A DNA stretch of 51,512 nucleotides from the NCBI GenBank assembly GCA_040752415.1, contig JBFMGU010000045.1, positions 1-51,512 on the forward strand, read 5' to 3'. The notes beneath the pieces are model-generated. The model saw nothing but the letters and a program-made list of their open reading frames with translations, was not told the origin of the DNA and made no database searches. Every line of letters starts with the position of its first letter. Within the stretch, counting starts at the first letter, position 1. This document shows, one piece after another, positions 8,791 through 16,750 of this stretch. This stretch comes from Myxococcota bacterium. GTDB taxonomy: Bacteria; Myxococcota; JACRCW01. Position numbers and translations under genes: made by a program.

Positions 8791-9750
8791 TCACGGGCTC
8801 CCGCCGTCGGCCTGGAAGCACACGCCGGGGATGGGCGCGCAGGTGCCCTCGACGCAGCTGGCGGAAGCACACTGGTCCGGGCCGGTGCACGTCTCCCCGA
8901 CGGGAAGCAGCGCCGCACAGACGCCCGACCGACAGTAGCCCGAGGCGCACGCGGTGCCGTTGCCGCAGTCCTCGTCGACAAGCGCGGCCTCACGGCAGGT
9001 CCCTTGCGTGCACACGCTCTTGTACGCGCACCGCGCGGTCTGGTTGCAGCTCTCTCCCACGCCCACGTAGCTCGGCCCGCGACAGACGCCCTCGGTGCAC
9101 GTGGCACCAACGACGCAGCGTTCCCCGTTGGCGCAGGTCTCTCCCGGCAGGGCGCGCCGCACGCACGTCCCACCCTCGCACGACGAGTCGGCGCCGCAGG
9201 TGATCTCACCGCCGCAGGCTTGTCCCGGCTCCGCCGCGGTGCGACAGGTGCCACACAAGGTCAGGCTCAGCACGCACGCGGTGCCGGGGGCGCACACCAG
9301 GCTCTCGACGTCAAAACCGCACGGCGCGCCCGCGGGCTGCGTTCCCACCCACAGTCCCTGGCACGGCCCGTCGAGGTCGCGGATCTGCTGCTCACAGCTC
9401 ACGGTGGCCAGGTGCGCCTCACACGCCATGATTCCCGACGGAGACAGCGTCAACAGGCTCGCCTCCTCCAGCATCACGTAGCGCGGTTCATACCGACCAT
9501 TGCAGGTCTCCCGGAACACCGCGCGACATTCCTCGAGGGAATCCACCGCCATGCGCCCGCAGCGCAGGTAGAAGCCGCAGAACATCTCGACGGTGCGCTC
9601 ACAGTATCCCGCGGCACCGGTGGGACCGGCGTCCGGCGCGCCTGCGTCGGGGAGTGGGCCCGCGTCGGAGACCACACCGCCGTCCGTTCCCGCCGACGGA
9701 GTGGAGGTGGTGCAGGCCAGGGAGGTGCTTAGGAGGAGCAATGCGCGCAT
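8791..9750 (-). CDS. Cysteine-rich lipoprotein (myxobacterial Dickkopf-like repeats)
   Basis: Lipobox TSLAC, DAG linker, repeated GExC...C...C..G.C units. Confidence 0.85.
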   Translation of the reverse strand: MRALLLLSTSLACTTSTPSAGTDGGVVSDAGPLPDAGAPDAGPTGAAGYCERTVEMFCGFYLRCGRMAVDSLEECRAVFRETCNGRYEPRYVMLEEASLLTLSPSGIMACEAHLATVSCEQQIRDLDGPCQGLWVGTQPAGAPCGFDVESLVCAPGTACVLSLTLCGTCRTAAEPGQACGGEITCGADSSCEGGTCVRRALPGETCANGERCVVGATCTEGVCRGPSYVGVGESCNQTARCAYKSVCTQGTCREAALVDEDCGNGTACASGYCRSGVCAALLPVGETCTGPDQCASASCVEGTCAPIPGVCFQADGGSP

Positions 9751-9760
9751 GGGGCCGCGC

Positions 9761-11131
9761 TTATACCGCCGTGGGCGCGTCCGGCACGAGGTCCGCCACC
9801 GTCACGCGCTCCAGCACGCTGCCCTCCTTGCGGCCGGCCGAAGCGAACAACGAGACCACGCGATCGTGCAGCGCCGAGGTGTGCTCCACGTCGGGAATGG
9901 CCAGCTCCTCACCGGTGGCCAGCGCCACCAGTCGACCCACGGTGATGTTCTCCGGCGGTTGCGCCAGCACGTAGCGCGCTGGCGTGACGTCGGTGAGCGT
10001 GACCACCACGCCGGCACGACACAGCGGCACCATGGACTGCTCCAGCAGGTACGTCGAGACACCCAGCTGGCGCGCCAGCGTCTCGGCATCCTGGGGGCCC
10101 TTCACGTCGTGGAAGGCGCGCGCCAGCGCGGTGGTGGCCACGATGGCATGGTAGGCCAGGCAGGGCTCCACCTTGCCAGCGTGATGGATGGCGAGGAGCG
10201 GCCGCAGGTTCTGGGAGATGAAGCTGATGTGTCCGCCCAGCATCAGCACCAGCATGCTCAGGTAGACCCAGAGGAAGAACGCGGGGATGAGACCGAGGGC
10301 GCCGTAGATGTTCTGGTAGCTGGCGAAGTGGTCCAGGTACCAGGTGAATCCCGCCTTCAACAGCGAGAACACCACGCCGGCCAACACTCCACCGAGCACC
10401 GCGGGACGCCAGCGCACGGTGGTGTTGGGCAGCACGCGGTTGGCCAGCGTGAACAACGCGCACGCCACGAAGACGTTTCCCACCTCCAGCGTCACGCGCG
10501 GCAACAGCGGCGTGCCCTCCAGGATGCCCAGCTGCTCGATGTGCTCGCGCAGCAGGAACAGCTCACGCGTGATGGAAACCATGGTGGCCACCGCCACGCT
10601 CCCGACGAGGAAGAACAACGCCAGCACCTGCACCCGCTGCGACCAGGTGCGTTGTCGCGGGACCCGCCAGATGCTGTTGAAGACGCGCTCCAGGTGCTTC
10701 AGCACCAGCAGCACCACCGCCACGAACACCAGCGAGCTCACCACGCCGGTCTGCGCGGCGCGCTCGGTGAACTGGTGCACGTAGGTCTGCACCTCGTGCA
10801 CCGCGCTGGGAAGGAGGTGCTGGAACGCCGCGTCGCGCAGGCTCTCCCGTTCACTCTCCAGGCCGGGCATGGCGGTGAACAACGCCAGCGTGGTGGTGAT
10901 GAGCGGGATGAGTGAGAAGACCAGCGAGTACGCCGTGGCGCCGGCCTTTTCCGTGATGGCGGATTTCCGCAGCGTCTCGACGAGCAGGTACACGCCCAGC
11001 ACCATCCGCGTGCCCGGGGGCAGTGGCTCGTGCGGTCGCATTCCCGCGCGGAGGATCTGGCGCGGCTCGGCGGCAAGACCCTGCAGGCGCTGGGCAACCG
11101 GACCCAGCCACCGACGATGCGCCAAGTCCAT
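9761..11131 (-). CDS. YihY/BrkB-family inner-membrane protein with C-terminal Rrf2-like winged HTH
   Basis: AYSLVFSLIP, IWRV...RT, YQNIYGALG.IP.F.LW.YLS motifs; C-terminal YVLAQPPENITV. Start placed at ATG 11131 (GGGAG upstream); the ORF extends to 11176. Confidence 0.88.
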   Translation of the reverse strand: MDLAHRRWLGPVAQRLQGLAAEPRQILRAGMRPHEPLPPGTRMVLGVYLLVETLRKSAITEKAGATAYSLVFSLIPLITTTLALFTAMPGLESERESLRDAAFQHLLPSAVHEVQTYVHQFTERAAQTGVVSSLVFVAVVLLVLKHLERVFNSIWRVPRQRTWSQRVQVLALFFLVGSVAVATMVSITRELFLLREHIEQLGILEGTPLLPRVTLEVGNVFVACALFTLANRVLPNTTVRWRPAVLGGVLAGVVFSLLKAGFTWYLDHFASYQNIYGALGLIPAFFLWVYLSMLVLMLGGHISFISQNLRPLLAIHHAGKVEPCLAYHAIVATTALARAFHDVKGPQDAETLARQLGVSTYLLEQSMVPLCRAGVVVTLTDVTPARYVLAQPPENITVGRLVALATGEELAIPDVEHTSALHDRVVSLFASAGRKEGSVLERVTVADLVPDAPTAV

Positions 11132-11253
11132 GACGCGCTCCCGGGAGTCGTGATGATGACGACGGAGACCTGCCACGGTCGTAACGAGTCGGCCGCATCA
11201 TGTCCGCGCTTGGCACCTGGGGGCGCACGGCGCGCGTGAGGATCTGCTGCCTC

Positions 11254-11497
11254 CTCGCGGAGAAGCCGTTGAGCCGGGAGAGCCCGAGCCCAAAGCGGTA
11301 TTGCAGACCGCACTCCCAGGATGCCGCCTGCGCGAATCTCGTTGGTCAGCTCGGCCGGCACGCGGCGCTTTCCGACGTGCATCCGCGGTGCGGGCATCCG
11401 ACAGAAGCGGTCCGAGCGGCGCCCGCACCTCTGGGAGTGCGGTCTGCAATACCGCTTTGGTTTCGGTTCTCCCGGCTCAACGGAGCTTCTCCGCGAG
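11254..11497. repeat. REPIN/MITE-like element with ~65-bp terminal inverted repeats
   Basis: Perfect 30-bp IR CCAAAGCGGTATTGCAGACCGCACTCCCAG at 11290-11319 / 11431-11460, extended imperfectly to 11254 and 11497. Each arm is itself a hairpin. Confidence 0.85.
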
Positions 11498-11531
11498 TGA
11501 AAGAGCTGGCCACCTCCTCAAGGTCTTCCCC

Positions 11532-12428
11532 TCACGACGGCAGCACCAGGTTTCCGTCGTCATCCCGACGCCAACTGGTGCGTGGTGGGCCCACGCGCGC
11601 CCCACCCAGCCAGGTCTCCGCGGCGTGGGCCAGGAAGTCCGCGCCACCCTGCAGCAGCTCCCTTCCCAGCGCGGTCAGCTCCACGCGCGCCTCCATGAAG
11701 GTGCCCCTGCGCAGGGGATGAGCTTCCGCCTGCACGTGCACCGCGGCCGGTTGGCTGCCCGCCAGGCGCTGCAGCTCCAACCAGACCTGGTGGTCGCCGG
11801 AGCCGTAGTCGGGCGCGCGTCGGGAGAAGGCGCGGAACACGTCCAGGAAGCTGAGAGGACCGGCGGTGAGGATGTCCAGCAACGTGCGCTCCGTCTCGGC
11901 AAGGCCGTCGCGGGAGGAGGGGAAGCGTGAGAGGTGCAGTTTGAGGGCGTCCTGCAATGCGGAGGGCAGGGTGCCGGACCTCGCCAGGGCCTCGACGTTG
12001 CGCGGGTCCGACGAGGTGTACGCCTCCCACGCCCGCACGTAGCCGGAAAGCTCGGCGTTGGAGAGCGGACGCTTCTCGTTCATGTAGCAGAGCTCGCCCA
12101 CGGCGCCGGCGCCGTAGACGCGGTGCACCACGAACATCATGTTCACCTGGCAGAACATGTCGTCGTCAAAATGCAGCACCACCGTTTCCCCGTCGGAGAT
12201 GGCATCCAGCTCGCCCAGCATGGCGCGGTACTCGGCGCGACATTTCTCACGGTCCTCCTCGTACGCCTGCGCCAGGAACGTGGTGCGGGTCTCCACCCAG
12301 GTCTCGTCGGAGAGCGTGGCCGGGGTGGGGCCGGTGGACAGCGCCTCGCGGAAGGCCACGTGACGACCGGGAACGCCCTGTTGGCGCGCGCCCTGGGCCG
12401 AGACGTCACCGTTGTGCACGTGCAGCAT
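11532..12428 (-). CDS. DUF1835-family protein
   Basis: MLHVHNGD.SA, REALSTGP, VLHFDDDMFCQ, RFPS.RDGL, WLGG motifs. Confidence 0.8.
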   Translation of the reverse strand: MLHVHNGDVSAQGARQQGVPGRHVAFREALSTGPTPATLSDETWVETRTTFLAQAYEEDREKCRAEYRAMLGELDAISDGETVVLHFDDDMFCQVNMMFVVHRVYGAGAVGELCYMNEKRPLSNAELSGYVRAWEAYTSSDPRNVEALARSGTLPSALQDALKLHLSRFPSSRDGLAETERTLLDILTAGPLSFLDVFRAFSRRAPDYGSGDHQVWLELQRLAGSQPAAVHVQAEAHPLRRGTFMEARVELTALGRELLQGGADFLAHAAETWLGGARVGPPRTSWRRDDDGNLVLPS

Positions 12429-12491
12429 GGAGCACCCACCCTAGCGGAAGTGCCCTTGCCCGTCGCGCGCACGGGGGTTACGCAGCCGATC

Positions 12492-13313
12492 ATGCTCCCG
12501 CTCACCGGCAAGACCATCCTCGTCACCGGCGCCACCGACGGAATCGGTCGCCAGACCGCGCTTGACCTGGCCGCGTTGGGCGCCACCGTGGTGGTCCACG
12601 GCCGCAGCGAGGAGAAGGTGCGCGCGGTGCTGGAGTTGTTGCCCACGCCGGCGGGGAAGCACGCCACGGTGACGGCGGAGCTGGCCTCCCTCACGCAGGT
12701 GCGACGCATGGCCGACGAGGTTCGTCGCCGTTTCACGCGCCTGGATGTGCTGCTGCACAACGCGGGCGTGTTCATGAAGAAGCGCGTGGAGACGGAGGAC
12801 GGGTTGGAGACCACCTTCGCGGTGAACCACCTGGCGCCGTTCCTCCTGACCCACCTGCTCTCGGAGCTGCTCCACGCCAGCGCGCCCGCGCGCGTCATCA
12901 CCGTCTCCAGCGTGGCGCACACGCGCGGTCGCATGCACTGGGATGACCTCAACCTCAAGCAGGGTTACGAGGGCTACGTGGCCTATGCGCAGTCCAAGCT
13001 GGCCAACGTGCTCTTCTCCGGCGCGCTGGCGGCCCGCTGGGATCCCGTGAAGGTCACCAGCAACGCGCTGCATCCCGGCGTCATCAACACCAAGCTCCTG
13101 GACGCGGGCTTTGGCCGGGTGGGCACCGACGACCTGCGCGCCGGCGCCGCCACCAGCGTGCACCTGGCCTCCAGCCCGCAGCTCCAGGGCGTCACCGGCA
13201 AGTACTTCTCCAACGGCGTGGAGTCCGCGTTGTCGCCCTCCGCGCGTGATGTGCGCTCACAACAGGCCCTGTGGGAGCAGAGCGAGCGGATGGTGGGAAT
13301 CTCACGGGGGTGA
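12492..13313 (+). CDS. Short-chain dehydrogenase/reductase (retinol-dehydrogenase-like)
   Basis: TGATDGIG, NAG, FAVNHLAPFLLT, YAQSKLAN, LHPG motifs. True start is ATG 12492, inside the longer track ORF. Confidence 0.93.
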   Translation: MLPLTGKTILVTGATDGIGRQTALDLAALGATVVVHGRSEEKVRAVLELLPTPAGKHATVTAELASLTQVRRMADEVRRRFTRLDVLLHNAGVFMKKRVETEDGLETTFAVNHLAPFLLTHLLSELLHASAPARVITVSSVAHTRGRMHWDDLNLKQGYEGYVAYAQSKLANVLFSGALAARWDPVKVTSNALHPGVINTKLLDAGFGRVGTDDLRAGAATSVHLASSPQLQGVTGKYFSNGVESALSPSARDVRSQQALWEQSERMVGISRG

Positions 13314-13562
13314 CGACGTCGACGAGGGAGGCGGCTCCACCGGCATGGAGCGGTAGTCCCGGCGGTCCAGGTGGGCCTCGCTCGAGGGTTGCTCGTCGAC
13401 GTGGAGCGGTACGTGATCAGACGCGTAGGTGTGCCAAACGTCCGGCGCCACCAGGTGCTGCTCCCGTCGGGCGCGGTACTCCGAGCGCACAATGGCCAGC
13501 AGCACGAGGCTGACAACGATCCCTGCCGCCATCAGCAACCACACACCATGCACGGAATCCAT
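13302..13562 (-). CDS. Small single-pass membrane protein, hypothetical
   Basis: GGAGG RBS before the ATG; one TM helix (VWLLMAAGIVVSLVLLAIV); fills the gap between convergent and divergent neighbours. Confidence 0.5.
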   Translation of the reverse strand: MDSVHGVWLLMAAGIVVSLVLLAIVRSEYRARREQHLVAPDVWHTYASDHVPLHVDEQPSSEAHLDRRDYRSMPVEPPPSSTSSPP

Positions 13563-13657
13563 GAGACGCCTCCTCTCCGACGGCGGTCTAACCACCCGTG
13601 GGCGGCCGGGCAGCGGCGCGCTTGAGCGCGGACGGGTGCGTGGCAGGATGCGGGACC

Positions 13658-14059
13658 ATGCTCGCGCAGATGTTCATCTTTGCCATGGTGGGCCTGGGCC
13701 TGGAGGTGGTCTTCACCGGCGTCCTCGACGGGATCACGCACCGTCGGAAGCTGCTCATGGGCTACAGCTCGGTCTGGTACGTGCCCTTCTACGCGGCGGT
13801 GCCGTGGGCCTTCGAACGGCTGTGGCCGTACCTGGTGGCACTGCCCTGGTTCACGCGCGGCGCGGTGTACGTGGTGCTGTTCCACGTCGGGGAGTACCTG
13901 GCCATGGGGCTCTTGCGGCTGCTGCTGGGGCAATCCCCGTCGGAGGAGAGCTACCGGAAGAGCGCGTACAACATCCACGCGTTGACGCGGCTGGACTTCG
14001 CGCCGGCGTTCTTCGTCATGGGAATGCTCTTCGAGTGGCTCTGGCTCGCGACGCGTTGA
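13658..14059 (+). CDS. TMEM229/CmpB-like membrane protein
   Basis: GLEVVFTG, GYSSVW, RGAVY...EY..G.LLR, LTRLDFAPAFF pattern; ~4 TM helices. Confidence 0.75.
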   Translation: MLAQMFIFAMVGLGLEVVFTGVLDGITHRRKLLMGYSSVWYVPFYAAVPWAFERLWPYLVALPWFTRGAVYVVLFHVGEYLAMGLLRLLLGQSPSEESYRKSAYNIHALTRLDFAPAFFVMGMLFEWLWLATR

Positions 14060-14440
14060 TCACCGCTTCCTTCGCGGTGGTCGTTGCTGCGCCGCCAGCT
14101 CGATGAGGTGGGCCAGCGCGGGGTTGCGCAGCTCCGTTCCGTCGACGACGGGAACGTACCGCACCTGCGTCCCGGTCCCCGTGAGGATGCCCACCGGGTC
14201 CGGCAGCAGCACGCCCCACTCAAAGCCCACCTTCACCACGTCCTCCTGCGGCGCCACGAAAGCGAAGTAGTGCGGTGCGGAGAACCCGACGAGCTTCCAC
14301 CCCAGCCGCACCCGTTGCACCGACGAGGGAACGCAACGCTGGATCAGCGCGCACGCCTGGTACGTCAGCGTCCGGATGCGCTGCGGTTGGTGCCGCAGGA
14401 GCACCTCCAGCTCCGGGTCCTCCACACCGCGTGGGCTCAT
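14060..14440 (-). CDS. DUF1801-domain protein
   Basis: RLGWK..GF, VKVGFEWGVLLPDP.GIL.GTG.QVRYV motif; ATG overlaps the upstream stop. Confidence 0.8.
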   Translation of the reverse strand: MSPRGVEDPELEVLLRHQPQRIRTLTYQACALIQRCVPSSVQRVRLGWKLVGFSAPHYFAFVAPQEDVVKVGFEWGVLLPDPVGILTGTGTQVRYVPVVDGTELRNPALAHLIELAAQQRPPRRKR

Positions 14441-14739
14441 GTCAGCGCCACCTCCACCGCGTGCGCCATGGTCATGCTCTCCATGTCCAGCACGCGCGGC
14501 ATCTTCTCCATGCACGGCGCCGTGGTGGAAGCCGCCATGGCCTGCTTCGCGTCCTCCTCGGACCGCCACGCGATCAGATCAACGAACAGCTCCTGGCCGA
14601 CATCATGCAGCAGCTGCCGACGGAGGAAGCCGGGCTGTTCCGCCACCCAGGCGTGCAGGGCCCGACACAGCTCAATGACATCCGCCACGGACGCTCCCGG
14701 ATGACGGCGCATCACCACCACTTCATAGACAGGTTTCAT
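14437..14739 (-). CDS. Antibiotic-biosynthesis-monooxygenase-like (dimeric alpha+beta barrel) protein
   Basis: QPGFLRRQL...FVDLIAWRSEEDAKQA motif; AAGGAG RBS. Confidence 0.75.
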   Translation of the reverse strand: MKPVYEVVVMRRHPGASVADVIELCRALHAWVAEQPGFLRRQLLHDVGQELFVDLIAWRSEEDAKQAMAASTTAPCMEKMPRVLDMESMTMAHAVEVALT

Positions 14740-14778
14740 GGGTGTTCTCCTTGGTTGGGAACACGCTATCCACAACTG

Positions 14779-14793
14779 TGACAAAAGCTGTCA
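14779..14793. promoter_or_regulatory. Putative operator of the YafY-type WYL regulator
   Basis: Perfect palindrome TGACA-AAAGC-TGTCA in the 64-bp divergent intergenic region. Confidence 0.7.
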
Positions 14794-14803
14794 TGATTGG
14801 CCC

Positions 14804-15535
14804 ATGGCTCGGATCAAGCGGGTGATGGCGTTGTTGGACCTGTTGCGTGCCCACCAGGAGACCACGGTGACGGTGCTGGCCGAGGAGCTGGGCGTCAGTG
14901 TGCGCACGGTGATGCGGGACCTGGCGGTGCTCCGGGAGGAGGGGCACGCGGTGTTGGGAGAGGCGGGGCGGGGTGGCGGCATCCGGCTGGACCGGACCCG
15001 CGCGGGGACACCCGTGAACCTCACCGACGAGGAGATTGCCGCCCTGTTCCTCGCTGCCACGCTGGCCCGACGGGCCACCGCGTTGCCCTGGAGCGGCGCC
15101 ATCCGGCGCGCACTGGACAAGCTGCTGGCCAGTGTTCCGCGTCCGCGCGCGCGGGAGCTGAGGAGCATGTTGCACCGCGTGCTCGTCGGACCGCCCGCGT
15201 CCGTGGCCATTGCGTCGTCGGCGGGGGCGCCTTCGCCGGAGCTGCTGCGGTGCTTTGACGCGGCCTTTCGCGCGCGCATGGGCCTGCAGTTCCATTACCA
15301 GGACCGCGAGGGCCGCCACTCCGTCAGACGCGTGGAGCCACACGGTCTCCTGGTGCAGACCCCCGTCTGGTACATCCTCGCGCACGATCTGGACCGCGGT
15401 GAGCCGCGCATGTTCCGCGTGGACCGCATCAGTCGCGCCCGCGTCCTGACGGAGCATACGTTCGTGCCGCGCACCGAGGTCATCGACGCGTTGTTCAAGG
15501 ACATCGAGCTGCCGCGTGAGCGCGCCGCCAGCTGA
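14804..15535 (+). CDS. HTH_11-WYL transcriptional regulator (YafY/DeoR-like)
   Basis: LAEELGVSVRTVMRDL..L, GRGGG, R.VEPHGL....VWYILA.D..R.EPRMFRVDRI. Confidence 0.93.
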   Translation: MARIKRVMALLDLLRAHQETTVTVLAEELGVSVRTVMRDLAVLREEGHAVLGEAGRGGGIRLDRTRAGTPVNLTDEEIAALFLAATLARRATALPWSGAIRRALDKLLASVPRPRARELRSMLHRVLVGPPASVAIASSAGAPSPELLRCFDAAFRARMGLQFHYQDREGRHSVRRVEPHGLLVQTPVWYILAHDLDRGEPRMFRVDRISRARVLTEHTFVPRTEVIDALFKDIELPRERAAS

Positions 15536-15542
15536 TGGAAAC

Positions 15543-16190
15543 TTACGTCGTCACGCGAACCGACCACGCCAGGGTGAGCTGCGCGCCGTAGTAGAGCGGC
15601 AGGCCCCAGAGTTTGTGGATGAACGCGGGGCGGATGAAACGGTCCAGCGCCACGGAGAGGTCGGAGAGGAAGAACGCCACCGCCCCCACGACGATCTCCA
15701 TCCCGCCCTGCTTTGCCACCGTCCCCACCGAGAGCGCCACCATGACGCTGATGACCAGCATGTACGCGGCCACGGGCGTCTGCATCTTCGTCTCCACCTT
15801 CGGGATCAACCACCGGGCCACCAAGGCGGTGGCAACACCCACCAGCAGCATCGCCAGGGCGAACGTCGTCACGTCGACACCGCGCTGCAGGAACGACGCT
15901 GCGAACGCCACGTGACCGAGGAGGAAGGACACCAGGCCCGCCAGGAAGGCGCGCTTGTGGTGACGGAGGATGAGCAGCACGTCGCCCAGCCAGCACAGCA
16001 GCAGGGCCACCAGCACGGTGCTCCCCGTGGGAGTCCGCGTGGCACCCACGCCCACGGCGGCCAGCACGAATCCCGTCGACGCCACCGGCTTGGTGAGCCA
16101 CACGCCCCACCGCAGCTCCTGTTGTTCCGCCACGAGCAGCGCCAGCACGGCCAGGCCAGTGATCGTCGCGGGGACCGTGAAGCCGTCCAT
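15543..16190 (-). CDS. Lysoplasmalogenase (YhhN/TMEM86 family)
   Basis: TKP, LGDVLL, FLAGL.SFLLGH, F.LSD, YYGAQ motifs. ATG overlaps the peroxiredoxin stop (TGATG). Confidence 0.9.
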   Translation of the reverse strand: MDGFTVPATITGLAVLALLVAEQQELRWGVWLTKPVASTGFVLAAVGVGATRTPTGSTVLVALLLCWLGDVLLILRHHKRAFLAGLVSFLLGHVAFAASFLQRGVDVTTFALAMLLVGVATALVARWLIPKVETKMQTPVAAYMLVISVMVALSVGTVAKQGGMEIVVGAVAFFLSDLSVALDRFIRPAFIHKLWGLPLYYGAQLTLAWSVRVTT

Positions 16191-16645
16191 CAACCGGCCA
16201 CCAGCTTCCGCACCGCGGTCATGGCTCCCTCGACGTGCCCGTGGATGTCCCGGGCGCTCTTGTAGGCGGCGCGGATGATGCCCTGCTGGTCGATGACGAA
16301 GGTGACGCGTTGGGGTGAGCTGAAGAAGCCCTTCACGCCGTACGCGCGCGTGATGCTCTTGTCGACGTCGGAGACGAGCGGGAAGCCCAGCGTCAGGCTC
16401 TTGGCGAAGGCCTCGTGACTCTCCACGCTGTCGTGGCTCACGCCCAGCACGCTGGCGCCCATCTCCTGGAGTTTGTTGCCGTTCGCACGGAACAGCTTGG
16501 CTTCTTCCGTTCAACCAGGGGTGAAGTCGCGGGGGTAGAAGTACAGGACCACCGGACCGCGCGCGGTCCACTCCTTGAGCACCACGTCCTCGCCGTTGCT
16601 GGCCGGAGCCTTGAAGTCCGGTGCCTGCTCACCCACCTTCTTCAT
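16190..16645 (-). CDS. bcp: BCP/PrxQ peroxiredoxin with in-frame TGA (probable selenocysteine) at the peroxidatic position
   Basis: MKKVGEQAPDF...VVLYFYPRDFTPG-TGA(16511-16513)-TEEAKLFR...GVSHDSVESH..F...FPLVSD...RVTFVID. One continuous frame of 151 aa, with TGA as codon 45 of the PxxxTxxC motif. Confidence 0.88.
16474..16494 (-). promoter_or_regulatory. Candidate bacterial SECIS element
   Basis: mRNA UGUUCCGU-GCGA-ACGG(C)AACA: 8-bp stem with one bulge; apical loop starts with G at +25 nt after the UGA. Confidence 0.65.
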
Positions 16646-16750
16646 GCGTCGCTAGATATCCGCCATCGCCCGCCGTCACAACCGTGATGAGCCCGCTGTT
16701 GTCGGCGTGGCCGCTTTCCAGGTGACCGAGCCCACGTTCATGCGCGCCAT

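Noticed and set aside
16190..16462. 90-aa ORF as a complete gene, or bcp as a simple pseudogene
   Set aside because: The upstream frame is intact, the only interruption is TGA at the catalytic Cys, and a SECIS-like hairpin follows; recoding is more parsimonious, though unproven.
16191..16571. N-terminal extension of the YhhN ORF
   Set aside because: Overlaps the peroxiredoxin in another frame; YhhN homology starts at ATG 16190.
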